A DNA stretch of 64,000 bases from NCBI GenBank assembly GCA_048013815.1, contig CM106586.1:4836001-4900000 (forward strand), in the 5' to 3' direction. Shown here piece by piece: positions 13,825 through 27,781 of this stretch (the stretch's first letter is position 1; each line of letters starts with the position of its first letter). The notes beneath the pieces were generated by a model. It was not told the origin of the DNA. It did not search any database and was given only the letters and a program-made list of their open reading frames with translations. The stretch is from Setoptus koraiensis (Eukaryota > Animalia > Arthropoda). The position numbers and the translations under genes are program-made.

Positions 13825-13924
13825 GAAAAAGCCCGACTGGTCGAAATTGCGGCCGAAAAAGCCCGACTGGTCGAAATTGCGGTCGAAAAAGCCCGACTGG
13901 TCGAAATTGCGGCCAAAAAAGCCC
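13825..13924. repeat. 30-bp tandem repeat x3.3 (GAAAAAGCCCGACTGGTCGAAATTGCGGCC)
   Basis: Units are contiguous with no spacers. Confidence 0.95.
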
Positions 13925-16900
13925 CAGATCGGAATTTCGCGCACCGAAAATAATGGCCGAATAAAACACTGACGAGAACGGATAAATGCGGCCGCTCGAG
14001 CGCGCTGGCGGCTGCGTTTTCATGTTATGCCATTATGTACCTGATTGCGCTGTGTGTATATGTAAGGACTGTGTGAAAAGACCACCGACGAGGCCGTCAT
14101 TATCGCGGGCTCACCTGAGTTGGCGTCGTCGTCATTCAGGGTCATTATGAGTGCAGTTGCTTTGTTTGTTGCTGGTCGCGGCTAGTTTGCAACAACGTCT
14201 TATTATTAGATTAGATTATATCTGCAACAAGCGGCGCTGGCCATGCAACGGCCATCACTGCGAGTGTCGATACGACAACAACAACAGCAGCAACAACAGC
14301 AGCAACAACAGCAGCAACAACGACAGCAACAACAACAGCGCCACGCTCGGACCACCTATCGCGCGCGCGACCATCACAACAAATCATATCATCGGCCGAT
14401 TGATCTACCTGTGGGTATATCACCACAAGTGCGGCAACCTGTCGTTATCGCCGTCGGTGCCGTTACCAGTGTTGCCAGAGCTGGCCGTAAGCGCAATATT
14501 CGCTATGTTCGCCGCAGTGCCGATATTTGCAATATTCGCGATATTTTCAATGGTGGCAGCGAGACAATATTGCACCGGAGAATCGAGAAATATTCTCCTT
14601 TTTCTCGCCCCGAACGGCACAAACAGCCGAATTTGCGTCATTTCGGCCAGTTCGGGCCGACTGCGGGCAAAACGCCGGCCGCACGCAAAGGCCCGGCGCA
14701 CCCCCCGGCCAACAGTTCCAGTGAGCTCGCGAGCCCGATTATCTGGTCCCGAAAATCTTTCCCATTCTTCTCTGCTGCCCGATTAATTTGGTCGCGCAAC
14801 ACGCCCCCGGCCGTGCGGGCGCCGCTCGAGGCGCAAACCCGATGCTGTGCGGCAGCGCGGTGCCGCAGCATGGTGGTGTCCACAGCAACTGGTGGCAACA
14901 GTGGCCGCGTTGCCTCTCTCGACAACGAAGCGATTTCGAGCACTCGAACGCCGCCACTCGTCCTCGAAATCGCCTCGACTTGGTTCGGCTTCGAAGTGGC
15001 CGCGACGCTCGAACTGTGCAGCCGTGTTCGTTGCGAGTTCGAACTCGAGTGACAGTGCAACAAACAGACAAACAATTAGATTAGTGGCCGCGCACTGAGA
15101 GGCGGCGGCCGAGTTTGCCTCAAGTGGCAGCAGGCTGCAATTAACTGGGCACCTCCAGTGCGTGCCATTTCTTTTCGGCGGCGCGTTTTCGCTGGCTCTG
15201 GCCGGTTCTCTTGGCCGATTCTCTTGGCCGGTTTGTTTGTGTCGCCGGGCTGTTGCGCCACCGTTGTCACCGCCAGACCAACTCGAGATGAGCCAATACA
15301 ATAAAATAATATCTGGCGGTGCCAGATATTATTATATGTAGACGCCAACCAGTCGTCGAAAAATGATGATTGAGTTGTTGTGCCAATTGGGACACAACAG
15401 CGGCCTCTGAGCCGTTGTTGCCGGCGCAGAGGACACATTCTTCGCCGGTTCAAAGAGACAGTGATTGGCTCTCGAATCGACAGCCTCCACGCCTGAGCTG
15501 CCGGTTCGCACAGGTACACGGGCGCACCCACGGCTGCTTGCGGATTGTTCGGAACAAACATGAGCCGCTGCTCCGGCGGCCGCCAACGATCGAGCGAGCC
15601 GACCGTTGCGCCAACTACCTGGCGAAGTATTGAGCCGAATACCCGGCGAAGGCGAGAAGAAGCCTCGAAGGGAACGTTGTGCCGAACGAACCAGTCGGCG
15701 GCCATATCAAACGGCGGCAGGTGAGTTACAAGTGGTGCTGCCGAACGGGCCATGAGGGCGCCGCAACCATTGTTTCTCGTCCAGTGTTGTGTCTGGCTCG
15801 CGCTGTTGGCTGTTGCGAGCCGGCCAAACTCGCGAAAATTAGTGCTCGACGAGCCTTTTGCGGGCGCTTCAATTTGTGGCCATGTTGGTCGGCCGGCAAC
15901 ATGCCCGCCAGCCCAACAGTCGAGTTACATGTCCGAGTGGCCCGATACGTAATATGTGTGTGTGTGTGTGTGATGATTCGGAGAGGCGAAGAATTCGAAG
16001 CGTTCGCAGCGCTAAGAGAAGCGTCTCTAATTCGCAATTAGCGCGAGACGAGCGACCAAAACGTTGCCGATCGGCGTAACAGCGCGGCCAGCAAGCTCTC
16101 GCAATCGCACAATTATCGCTGCCTCGAAAATCGTTGCTATTACACATTATCGGCGGCTTCCATTTGAGCCGGCGATCATTTTCGAAGCATTTCGGCGCCG
16201 CACTCTTGGCCGCCGTAAAACGGTGCTGCTTTAAATAGAGGCGCACACAATTTGCATATACATTCATGTGTAACAACAATATGCAAAAATAATGACGCCC
16301 GCCGATCGACGGACCACCGCTCGCTGTTGCCTGGAAGGGTGCCGGCTATAATCGCTGTCTACACGATGACTACCATCATCATAACCGACGGCTACTGAAT
16401 TTTCGGCTTTTGCCGACTTTTTTCTCTATTTTGCGTTCTTTGTGTGCCTCGAAATCGAATTACAGCCAGATATGACTGGACTCTTCTAAAAACAAAAGCC
16501 AGCAAGCAAAACCGTAACGCTCATCTTCTGCTCATTTTTTGCTCCATGATGCAAAAGCCGTTCAAATTCGAACAGCACAAAACGACAGGCCTTTTTCGAA
16601 CAGGTAGGCGTGCCCGGCGGATAACCCGAGGCTTGGCCAGGTAATCAATTTGGACGTTGCGTTCGCCGTTGAGCATCCGAGCATCTAATCGAAACAGCGT
16701 CTGAGATGTTTCTGCCATGTTCCGTACGAAAACAGGCGCCACAATTGTGCATTGGACGAAATGTATTCTAAGAAAAAAACGGGGCGAAATTTGGTTCGGA
16801 GCAGAAAATTTTCAGTCGCTCAAAAAATAATTTTTGTGTCGGAGAAGCTGCCGATTTTGGCTTGTCGAGAAGCGGGGACGACCAAGGCTCATCACTGCGC

Positions 16901-17085
16901 AGATTATTTCACAAATTGAATTGTTTCGCAAATGTGCTGAGCTCTCAATTGGATAGGCTTGAAGTCAGCGAGAACCTGGATTTTCAAATTTCGGATCGAT
17001 TCGGCAGAATTGATTTTTTCGAATTTCTTATTTTCGAGCTTGTGGCGGTTTTTTTTCTCATTAAGCGGCAAAGTTTTCTACTCAC

Positions 17086-18524
17086 CTTTGTATTCGTCGA
17101 AGAATCTGACAATGTCGTTGGAGGCTGCAGCCCGGATGGCCGTATCGGTGAGCCGAAGATGCGGCGACTCTTTTCTGGCCTCACTGACGCTTGTTGTGTT
17201 TAGGACGCATAACTTGATTTGCTCAGTGGCCACTTGTTGTTGCCTCTTCATTTCGGTTCTTTCCTCTAACGATGACGAGTTGACTGCAATGAGATTCTTT
17301 GTTGACTGGCTATTGGCGATTTCTTCATGCTGGCGAGTTTCTTCGAGCTGGCGATTTTCGGGTTGGCGATTCTCTTCGGGTTGGCGATTCTCTTCGAGTT
17401 GCTGCTGGTGGCGATATGGCTGCTGCTGTTGCTTTATCAGCAGCATGTTGTCTTGCTCGTGCTGGAACACTTGTCGTTGTTGCTGCTCGTGCTGACAATT
17501 GGCGACTGGGGCCGAGCTGTCGGTGTCGGTGCTGTTGTTGTTGTTGTTGTTTGCGGCATCACAGTTGGACAACAGCAACAACTGCTTGTTTACTGCCTCC
17601 TCCATTAATATGAACGAGTCGGTGTCACTGTCGTGGCTCTCATCGTGCCGCAACTGGCGCTGCTTTTCGCGTCGCCGTGCCCGTTGTTGTTGCTCGTTCG
17701 CGAGCGTCGCTGTTGCAGTTGCCGGTGTGGTTGTAGTTGTTGCTGTCGTTGCAGTTGTTGTCGTCGTTGCAGTTGCTGTTGTTGTTGTTGCCGTTGCTGT
17801 CGTTGGTGCAGTTGCTGTTGTCGGTGTTGGCGCTAGAATTATAGAATGGTCGTCGGCACGAGATTTCACTCGCACTTGACTGACCACCAAGGAAGCCGGC
17901 ACTTGCTGGTGTTGTTGTTGCTGTTGTTGAGCATTGCCGACAACAACTTCTTTATCTTCATCTTTATTAGTGTCGGCCGAACTCAAATTGGAACTCAAAT
18001 TCAAATCAACGTGGCCATTGTTGGCCCCGGTTGGATGTCGCTCGTTGTCAATCAGCTCGTCGTTGCGGTGCCCATTGTCGTGCAACAATGGTTCATTATG
18101 CGCCACCGATGCCACTTCTGCTCTGGCTGCTGCTGGACACAAACGAACTGGCACGGTGGTCTCATTGTGGCCGCTGTCCACTAGTGTTTGTGTCACCTGT
18201 TGCTGTTGTGACGTTATTTTGTGTGACGTTTCTATTATTGCTGCTGGTGTCACTTGACTTGCATCGTCACAACAATCACCAACGTTTCTATCGGACGTTT
18301 TTTCGGCTGCCACATTAGCGCTTAGTTGAGCTCTGGTCGAGTCCAGCGACTCGCACAGCGACCCAACAGAAACAGACGAGGCCAGAGAAACGGACGCGCT
18401 GCTCACAACTAGCGGCGACGATGACCACAGGTCAAACTGTTGCTGCTGTTTCGCCCGTCTATTATCTAACACCTCTTGCTGTTCCGTTTGAGACTGCACG
18501 TTTGTTTGACTATTGAACAGTTTT
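17086..18524 (-). CDS. Large low-complexity (Q/T/N/S-rich) internal coding exon, ~479 codons, ending ...AIRAAASNDIVRFFDEYK
   Basis: The 473-aa ORF has no ATG near its start (the track uses GTG), so it needs an upstream exon. Branch CTAAC and acceptor aaacAG|AAAACTG give a start at 18524 (phase 2); an alternative AG giving 18509 has the same phase. Donor TACAAAG|GTGAGT after 17086 (phase 1). Contains in-frame 18-bp EENRQP repeats (17340-17400). Confidence 0.8.
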
Positions 18525-19314
18525 CTGTTTGTTTAGTCGGCGTTAGTTGGTCAACAGAGATGTTTGTGTTGTTGTTGTTGTTGTCGTTGTTGGCGCATCC
18601 AGAGTGGCCACAAGTGCAGAAATAATCCCGTTAGATCACGGTTACATGGTGCGTTGGCGTCGGTTTGTGTGGCGTCATCGTGGGTCCAATTCGATGGGTG
18701 GCATCATAGGCGAGAGAAAGAAGATAAGAGAAAATCAATTGTCCGAATTAGTTGGTGTTAACACGCAATTCGCGCTTCGTTTGCAATCACTCTGCGGCCA
18801 ATTCGGCCGGGTCGTTCTCTTGACCGGCCACTGGCCGGCACTGTGCTGCTCACAAAAGTTTTTCCAGTCCGTTTCTGTCGGACAATCGCTATTTTTTGCT
18901 CAGATTTAGATAGATTTTTAGCTCAGGTCTCACTCATTTCCCATTGCAGTATGCGATCACCTGTTTGCACTGTGCACAAGTGACCAGATATCGCGCCTAT
19001 TTTTGTGGGCGACCGCACAGACAGTCGGATCGAAACTGAGGCCGGGCAACACACACAATCGTGTCGCCTTTGAGACCAGATCGTTGCATGCGACACGCGA
19101 TGCCCGAGTCGGTTGGCTAGTTTGCGTGAATATGTCATTAAAAGTGCCACTGACAAGTGCACCCTAGCTTGGCCGGTTGCGCGGCCTCGAATTGGAAGCA
19201 CTCTTATTTCGAAATGCGTTCAATAGTAATTGCTCGCCACCCCGCAAGGTGACCGTGGATAGAGATTGCCGGAGATTGTCGTTTGTGCGCGACAGGCGAA
19301 AACAGTTCAAACGG

Positions 19315-19510
19315 CCCGAAACAGTCGGAAATACTCCGAAGTGGCCAGAAATAATGCGAAATGGCCAGAAGTAATCCGAAATGGTTTGAGACTGTCAGAA
19401 ATAGCCCGAAATGGCCAGAAATAACGCGAAATGACAAGAAATAATCCGAAATGACAAGAAATAACGCGAAATGGTCGAGACAGTCAGAAATAGCCCGAAA
19501 TTGCTCGAAA
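19315..19510. repeat. Degenerate 20/30-bp minisatellite built from 10-bp subunits ending in GAA
   Basis: CCAGAAATAATGCGAAATGG-type units, with longer GAGACAGTCAGAAATAGCCCGAAA units interspersed. Confidence 0.9.
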
Positions 19511-22500
19511 CGGTTGGGAATGGTTGTGAAAAGTGCGAAAAGTGCCGGCGATAGGCGCAACACGAATGCGCCCGTCGGTGGCGTTATTTGCACACATTAG
19601 CACAAAATTAGAACACGACCAATTGCAGAGACGCAACTGACAATTCTCTTGACTGTCCGTCAGAAGCGTTGTTACAAATCAAGGTTGACAGCGCACACTA
19701 CATGGCGCTGATGATGTTTCTTTCTGACAGTGGAAGACGCACACCGAGAAACTTAATGACTCGGCATCACCTGGCGCGACCAGAATGAGGAGGAAGTGCG
19801 CAGATTTAATTGTCGCGCAATTAAGTGGCGTTCGGCCACTTTCTTCTCGTTGGCGCTTGTTGGGCCGCTCGTTGGTCGCTCTCGTCGGTGGCTGTCATGT
19901 CGCTGGTTGTCGCTGCTAAACGACCGAGTGGCCGACAATTGAGCCACCAGGATCAACTGGAAATAATTGCAGAAACGGCCAGCGAGGGCGCAGCGTCGCG
20001 AATTGTCGGCCAGCGGCGAACAACTTGCGGCGACTCTCGGCGACTCTTCGGCCAACTCGAACGCGGTCGCGTCCTCGCGCAAGTCGCAAAGCGACCGACA
20101 ACACGCTGGAAACTGGAGCACGGCGCGGTCACCTGTGTCCCGAGCGCGCCGCTTGACCACTGCGCTCGGGCGGCCATTGTTGCGCCGGCGTCGCGACGCC
20201 GGCACAGGCGACAGGTGCTGGCAGTGTGTGACAGTGTCAATGAGTGCGCGCGCTTGCCTACTAATTGTTGCATCATTGCTCAAGCGAATCGCCCGCATGC
20301 CGGGCACACTGACCAGTCGCTAACAAGTGCCGGCGCACAAACAAGCTGTCTCGTCGTTGCACAATCGTGCACAGTCTTGCAAATTTCGTCTACCGAAGCT
20401 CCGGTTGTGACGCCGGCGCGCTGTTCGCTGCTCGGTCCGATAATCCGCGCTGGTGCGCCGTTGTGCCGCCAGCCGGCCCGGTTCCGGTTGGTAAGCGCGC
20501 CGCGACATCCCCCGCGCCGCGCGCAAACTCAAGCCCGATTCTCCGCTTTGATAGGAGTGATTTTGAGCGACTCTTGTGCGCCCGAACAAAACCGGCCCGC
20601 TCCGATGCGCCGATGTGGCGACGGTGCGGCATACCAGCGAATCACGCACTGAACATACCTATTTTCGGGCCGCTCATATGTGCGGTCGGGCAGGTGCACT
20701 CGATCGCATTGTCGCACCGTGTTGCGCAATGTCCGGCCAGAAATGTTCGGCCAGAAGTGTTCGGCCAGAAGTGTTCGGCCAGAGATATTTCGGCGCACAA
20801 AATTGGGAGCGGAAAGAATTCGGCGGTGCGCCGATTGTGACTGACGATTCGCGGGGCGAAACAGGCGCACACAATCGCATTTCGGCACATCGTCTATCTT
20901 TGGCTCCTCTCAATTCGCGCCGGCTTTTACTGGCGGGCAGCTGCCCGCCGACTCCAAGTTCGAGTTCAATGTGGCCGCGGTTGGCGCGCTGACCATTAGC
21001 GGTCATTGTCATTGCGCAATCGGGCTATTGCGCTCATTTGCATAATGACGATATGCACGCGCGTGAACAAATTTCTCTCTTGTTGATTAGAAATAGCCAA
21101 TTGATAGATTGTTGGTTGCGGCGCTTGTTTGTGTGTTTGCGGCAGATAAAATTATGTAATGGCCGCGATAGTGAGTAGACTAATGAGTTGATGCACTTGA
21201 ATTTCTGTGCATTTGTATGCATTTTTTCTTGTTGCCTTTTTGGCGAACGTCCGTCGCTCACTTGTTGCTCGCTCAATTTTCGCCGCACGGATTGTTGGCC
21301 CTAAGTGCAATTTATTATCACCCTGTCTGTGTGTGCTGTCCATCGAGTGGGCAAATGAGTAAATTAGCATTAAGAGGCCATTGCGAAAAAGCCATCGCCA
21401 GACGCAGCTTTTTCGCCACTTGCTGGTCGCCGGTCGCTAGCAGCCAGCGAGCCAGCGAGAGAGCGAGAGAGAGAGAGAGAGAGCGAGGATTAGCCGCGTC
21501 ATGACGGCCGGCATTCCTGTAATTGTTTTGGCCGGCGCTACGAGACGAGTTGCGCAACAATCCCGAGTGGACAACAAGTGCCAGTTGCTCATGGCGGCGC
21601 TTACGTAAGCCGGCGCAAGTTGAGCAGAGAATTAATCATCGAACGCTCCTCTAGTGCTTGCGTTCGTTTGCAAACAACACCATCGGACGGCACTCACACA
21701 ACAATGGCTTGGTCTTTGTTGTGTTCGACAGTGTCTCGGCCGACTCACTGCGGCTGCTATTTCGACATTGCCTCCACACCGATTTAGACATTGCTTCGGC
21801 ACTGATTTCGAGAGTTTGCCTCGGAACGGCCGGTCGTGTTGCGACGTGTCGCCAACAACCGCAGACGAGCGATGCTCGAAGAACGTGGAAACTTTGCGCA
21901 ATTTGAGCAGGCGGCTTCCGAAATATCGATTGCGAGCAGTTCGGTTGGGCGCATTCCATTCGAAATTGTTGTTGTGCCCTGTGTCAGCTTGAACGGGCGG
22001 CCCGCCAATTGGACAGTGTGGGCCATTGCGCGGCGGGAAACGCGCGCCCGGTGCCAATGTCGAGCTCATTTGTCTGGCCGACGCCGACTGCAAGTATAAC
22101 TTATGCTGTATAAGTATAAATGTGAGCATAAGTATCAGTGTCCGCTAATTACTTTTTTTCTCCGGCTGCATGCTTTTCTGTGGGCATTTTCTGTCGGCGT
22201 TGCGTCGGACGTTTTCAATTTGAATTTTAATCCTCTAATCTGCGAATGCGCTCGCCGGAGAATGCTGATTGCACGAAAAAAGGCGAGCGAGAAAAATAAT
22301 GGCTCGTCTCATGTTGGCGTCATTAGCGTCATGATAATCCCGTCTTGTGCGTCTGCGCTCATTTGATGGCGCGGCGCAATTTACTGCCATCAAACTGGCT
22401 TGCAAGTTATATCAAACTGACCACTTGCGAGCTCGCTATCGCTTGCCATTGGGCAATTGTGGGTATATTTTTGCAGTGGACAGCACAGGTGACCTTGGCC

Positions 22501-23296
22501 ATGGTGAGCCGGCCAGTGAGCCGACAGTCGTCGGCTGTGAGTGATGGACAAGACGCCGGGCACAGCGACGAGAACCCTTCATTCACCTGTTGCTTGTTAA
22601 CCGCTCATTCGCAGCGCCATGATAGTATCATGTTGTTGTTTGTGCGTATCTTTTCTGCCGGCAAATGTCTTGCGTAATGTGAGTATTATCATGATTATTA
22701 TTATTATTATTATTATTATTAGTCACTTGAGTGGACGTTAGTGTCTTCGGTCGGTCAGTTGCTTCGGTCGCCAGTTTGTGCGAGTGCGCCAGCCGCCAGC
22801 GTTACGACGACACCGAAACAATTCGCTGCGATTTGTTTCTCTCTGTTTATCCGCCGCAGTTTGTCTGTGTGTTTATCCGCATGTTTGTCCGTTGTCTGCG
22901 CGATGGCAATTATCTTCTCACTGTTGCGCTGCGTGTTACGTAATCGCAGCGCATTATATTAGATATGATGTAACATCATATCTAATATAATGCGCGATAC
23001 ATGACACAATCATCAGGCGCATATGCGACGCTGCTCTCATATGATGTAATGTAGAATGTTTATGTGGCTTTTAGTGTCTATGCGCCGCGACGTGCCGTCC
23101 GCTTGTAATGCCCGCAAATATTCACAAGCGGACCTATTCACGGACAAATCTGGCCAAGTGGCCGGTTGTTTGCACACTGCAATTGGAACAACAAGTTGAA
23201 CACATTTCAACAGTCTGCCCACGTAAACAGGCGGCACGCCAGTGAATTAGCGTTAATATTGTTTGTTATCAAGATCAATAGATAAATGGATGGACT

Positions 23297-23390
23297 CATC
23301 ATGGTGCGGCTGCATCATATTGAGGCTGCACCATGATGCACCATGATGCACCATGATGCACCATGATGCACCATGATGCTCCATGATGCG
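23297..23390. repeat. (CCATGATGCA)x6 preceded by one inverted copy, forming a 14-bp stem
   Basis: 23297-23310 pairs with 23325-23338 (one G:U). Confidence 0.9.
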
Positions 23391-24918
23391 CTGTTGTGCG
23401 CCATTGACGCATCAACGTCAACAGTAATTTGTTGTTGGCGCGCTAGCAACAGGTTGCTGAAAAATTACACTCAATTCACTCATGATGATTCATGAAAAGA
23501 TAAAAACACTTGTTGCTGTTATTGTTGGCGCTGCTGTTGTTCGTTATGCAACAAGCAAGCTTGTATGTATGCGGTAACACAATGGCCGACCAGCTTCGGC
23601 CAACCGACCAACAGCAACAGCTACATCAAAACTAGTTACCTGTTGCCGGTCTGACAACTGTACTGTGTTGTCAGGCCGGCGGCAGCCAGAGATGCGCCAG
23701 TTAGATCAATTACGTAACGTACTCAGCCAGTCATATCACCCATTTCTTTTGTGCTAACTGCATCAAAAGGCCGCTCAATATGCTGACTGCGGCCGACTGA
23801 ATACTCAATGGTTGTGTGCCGATCGCCCTTTCGAGCCCATTCCCCATTTCGGGCTCGGCATTTTCTTGCGCCGATGCAAACGGCGCTCACTGCCCGACGA
23901 TGCTGATTCAAATCTGACTGATTCAGTGGCGAATATAGTGTAATCAGTTGCGAACGGCAGCGCTAGTCGGATATTCACAAGTGCACAACGTTCTCTAATC
24001 ACAACGGCCGCAACTGGCGAGCAGGAAGCTGCCGATGCCATTGAATCGATACGTTGTTGATTGATGAGCAGCACGCCACTCGTTGTTCGAGCAGCGGCCA
24101 TTCGAACAGTTTTGTTCGAGCTTCGAATTTCGAAGTTCGAAAACTGTTTCAATGCGACCGGTCGCTGCAACAGGTTGCAGCTTCTGTGGCACTAACAGCG
24201 CCACAGAAGCGACCTGCTTGACACAGAACACACCGAACACTGGATCGGGTTGCGCAATCGTGGCTGGGCGTCGCGGACGAGCCGCGAACGAACGAACGGC
24301 CCAACGAACGACAAAGAACGCTTCGAGAGCGGTTCGCTCTCGAGAGCGATTCTTTGGCGCCCGATTCTTTGGAGCTGCATCGACCGCTGCATGTTTTCAA
24401 TGGTCGCCCATTTCAAGGTTGGTTACAAAGTACACTCTGGCGCTAGTTTAGATTTGGTTAGTTTTTTAGTTTGTTTTTTTTCGGATTGGCGAAAAAAGGC
24501 GCTCAAGAATAAATGGTTCCGAAGCTAACAGGCGAGCTAACTGTATCTGACCGGTGCCACGGCCGCATTATGCAAGCCAATTGTGTGTGTGCTCCACGAA
24601 GGCTTCGCAAAACAAACACTCGCTACTGAATTTTGCGAATTCGCCGAAATTCTCCTGCGCACACGTCACAACATTTCGGGCCAACATGTTCCGCTAGAAC
24701 GAAGCAATTTGAGCCGAAATGTGCGGCGATTCTCTCGGCACGGGCACTCATAGATCCGACCAACTGACAGCTCAATCTGGCCAAACAGCCAATTCAATGC
24801 TGACCACAATCGGCGCCAAACGCAAGCTAGCCAAACAGCCCATTAGCTGAACTTTGTGCGGCCGGCCGAGTGCCCAGCCGGCTAATGACCAAGTATAAAA
24901 TTAAGTTCGTAAACTCAC

Positions 24919-26894
<1,976 letters not shown>

Positions 26895-27753
26895 TTCGGT
26901 CGGAATGGCGCATGAAACGAACGGTTCACACGATTACCCTGGCGCCGCCAACTGAATCACCTGTCTGTCTCGTTGGGTTGACCTGCGCGCCGGTTCCCAG
27001 CTGATGATGCTTCTCTTGTGTTCTTTTTTTTTCTTCTCTTTTCGCCTTCTTTCTTGTCAGTTCTTTGCGCACTGTTTTATTTGCATTTTCACTCTGCTAC
27101 ACACACACTTTGTATACTGTATACTGTATACAATGTATACTGTATATAATGTAATAAAGTTGTCGCTGCTGGCGGATTTTCACACCAAACAACTCGCCAG
27201 CAAAGTGAATTCTCACGCTCAATTTCGAATTGGCGAATATTACGCGCGATGATAGCTGCTAATTTACAAGCAACTGTTTCTGACGTCACCACCGTGAGCC
27301 GTGATTGAGCAATTGACTTTTGTTCGCTGTTTTGACACTTCGACGACTCGGTGTTTTCTTTTTTGCTGCACCTTGCACTCTTGTTATCAGCTGTGCTTCT
27401 TTTTTCTTGCAGTTTTTCCTCGTTTTTGTCGCTCTTGATTGGCTGGCTGCTCGACTAACTGTGACTTGCCGATCGCTTGCACGTCAACATCGCTCTTACT
27501 CTGTCTGCTGATTCTTTTCGTCTTGTTTGAACGCTCTTTTTCGTCTTGTTTGCACGCTCTTTTTCGTCTTGTTTGTTTGCGGCGCGATTGCGGCAACCTG
27601 TCGATTCACTGCCAATTAGCCGGCACGTAGAGATACATTGAGACACATAGATAATCTGCTGTTGACTGTCGACTGGCGCACCATCAAATGATCAAATTAT
27701 CCTAAGTGATGGCTCGATCGCACCGTCAATGGTGGCTTCCATTGTTTTTGACT

Positions 27754-27781
27754 AGCGCGCATGCGCACACGCATGCGCGCT
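27754..27781. promoter_or_regulatory. Two GCGCATGCGC palindromes (NRF1/Erect-wing-type motif) in a 12-bp inverted repeat; candidate promoter element ~0.9 kb upstream of the 26894 ATG
   Basis: AGCGCGCATGCG-CACA-CGCATGCGCGCT. Motif assignment comes from the known NRF1 consensus; function is inferred. Confidence 0.4.

Noticed and set aside
13825-13924. CRISPR-like 30-bp repeats (also the 19-24-bp arrays)
   Set aside because: Units are contiguous with no unique spacers, there are no cas genes, and the context is eukaryotic.
14151-15753. Natural-looking ORFs 14243..15052 (+), 14151..14786 (+), 14420..14701 (-) and 15076..15753 (-)
   Set aside because: Several frames are equally plausible, with no recognisable motif and no consistent splice boundaries. 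A hidden exon cannot be excluded without RNA-seq.
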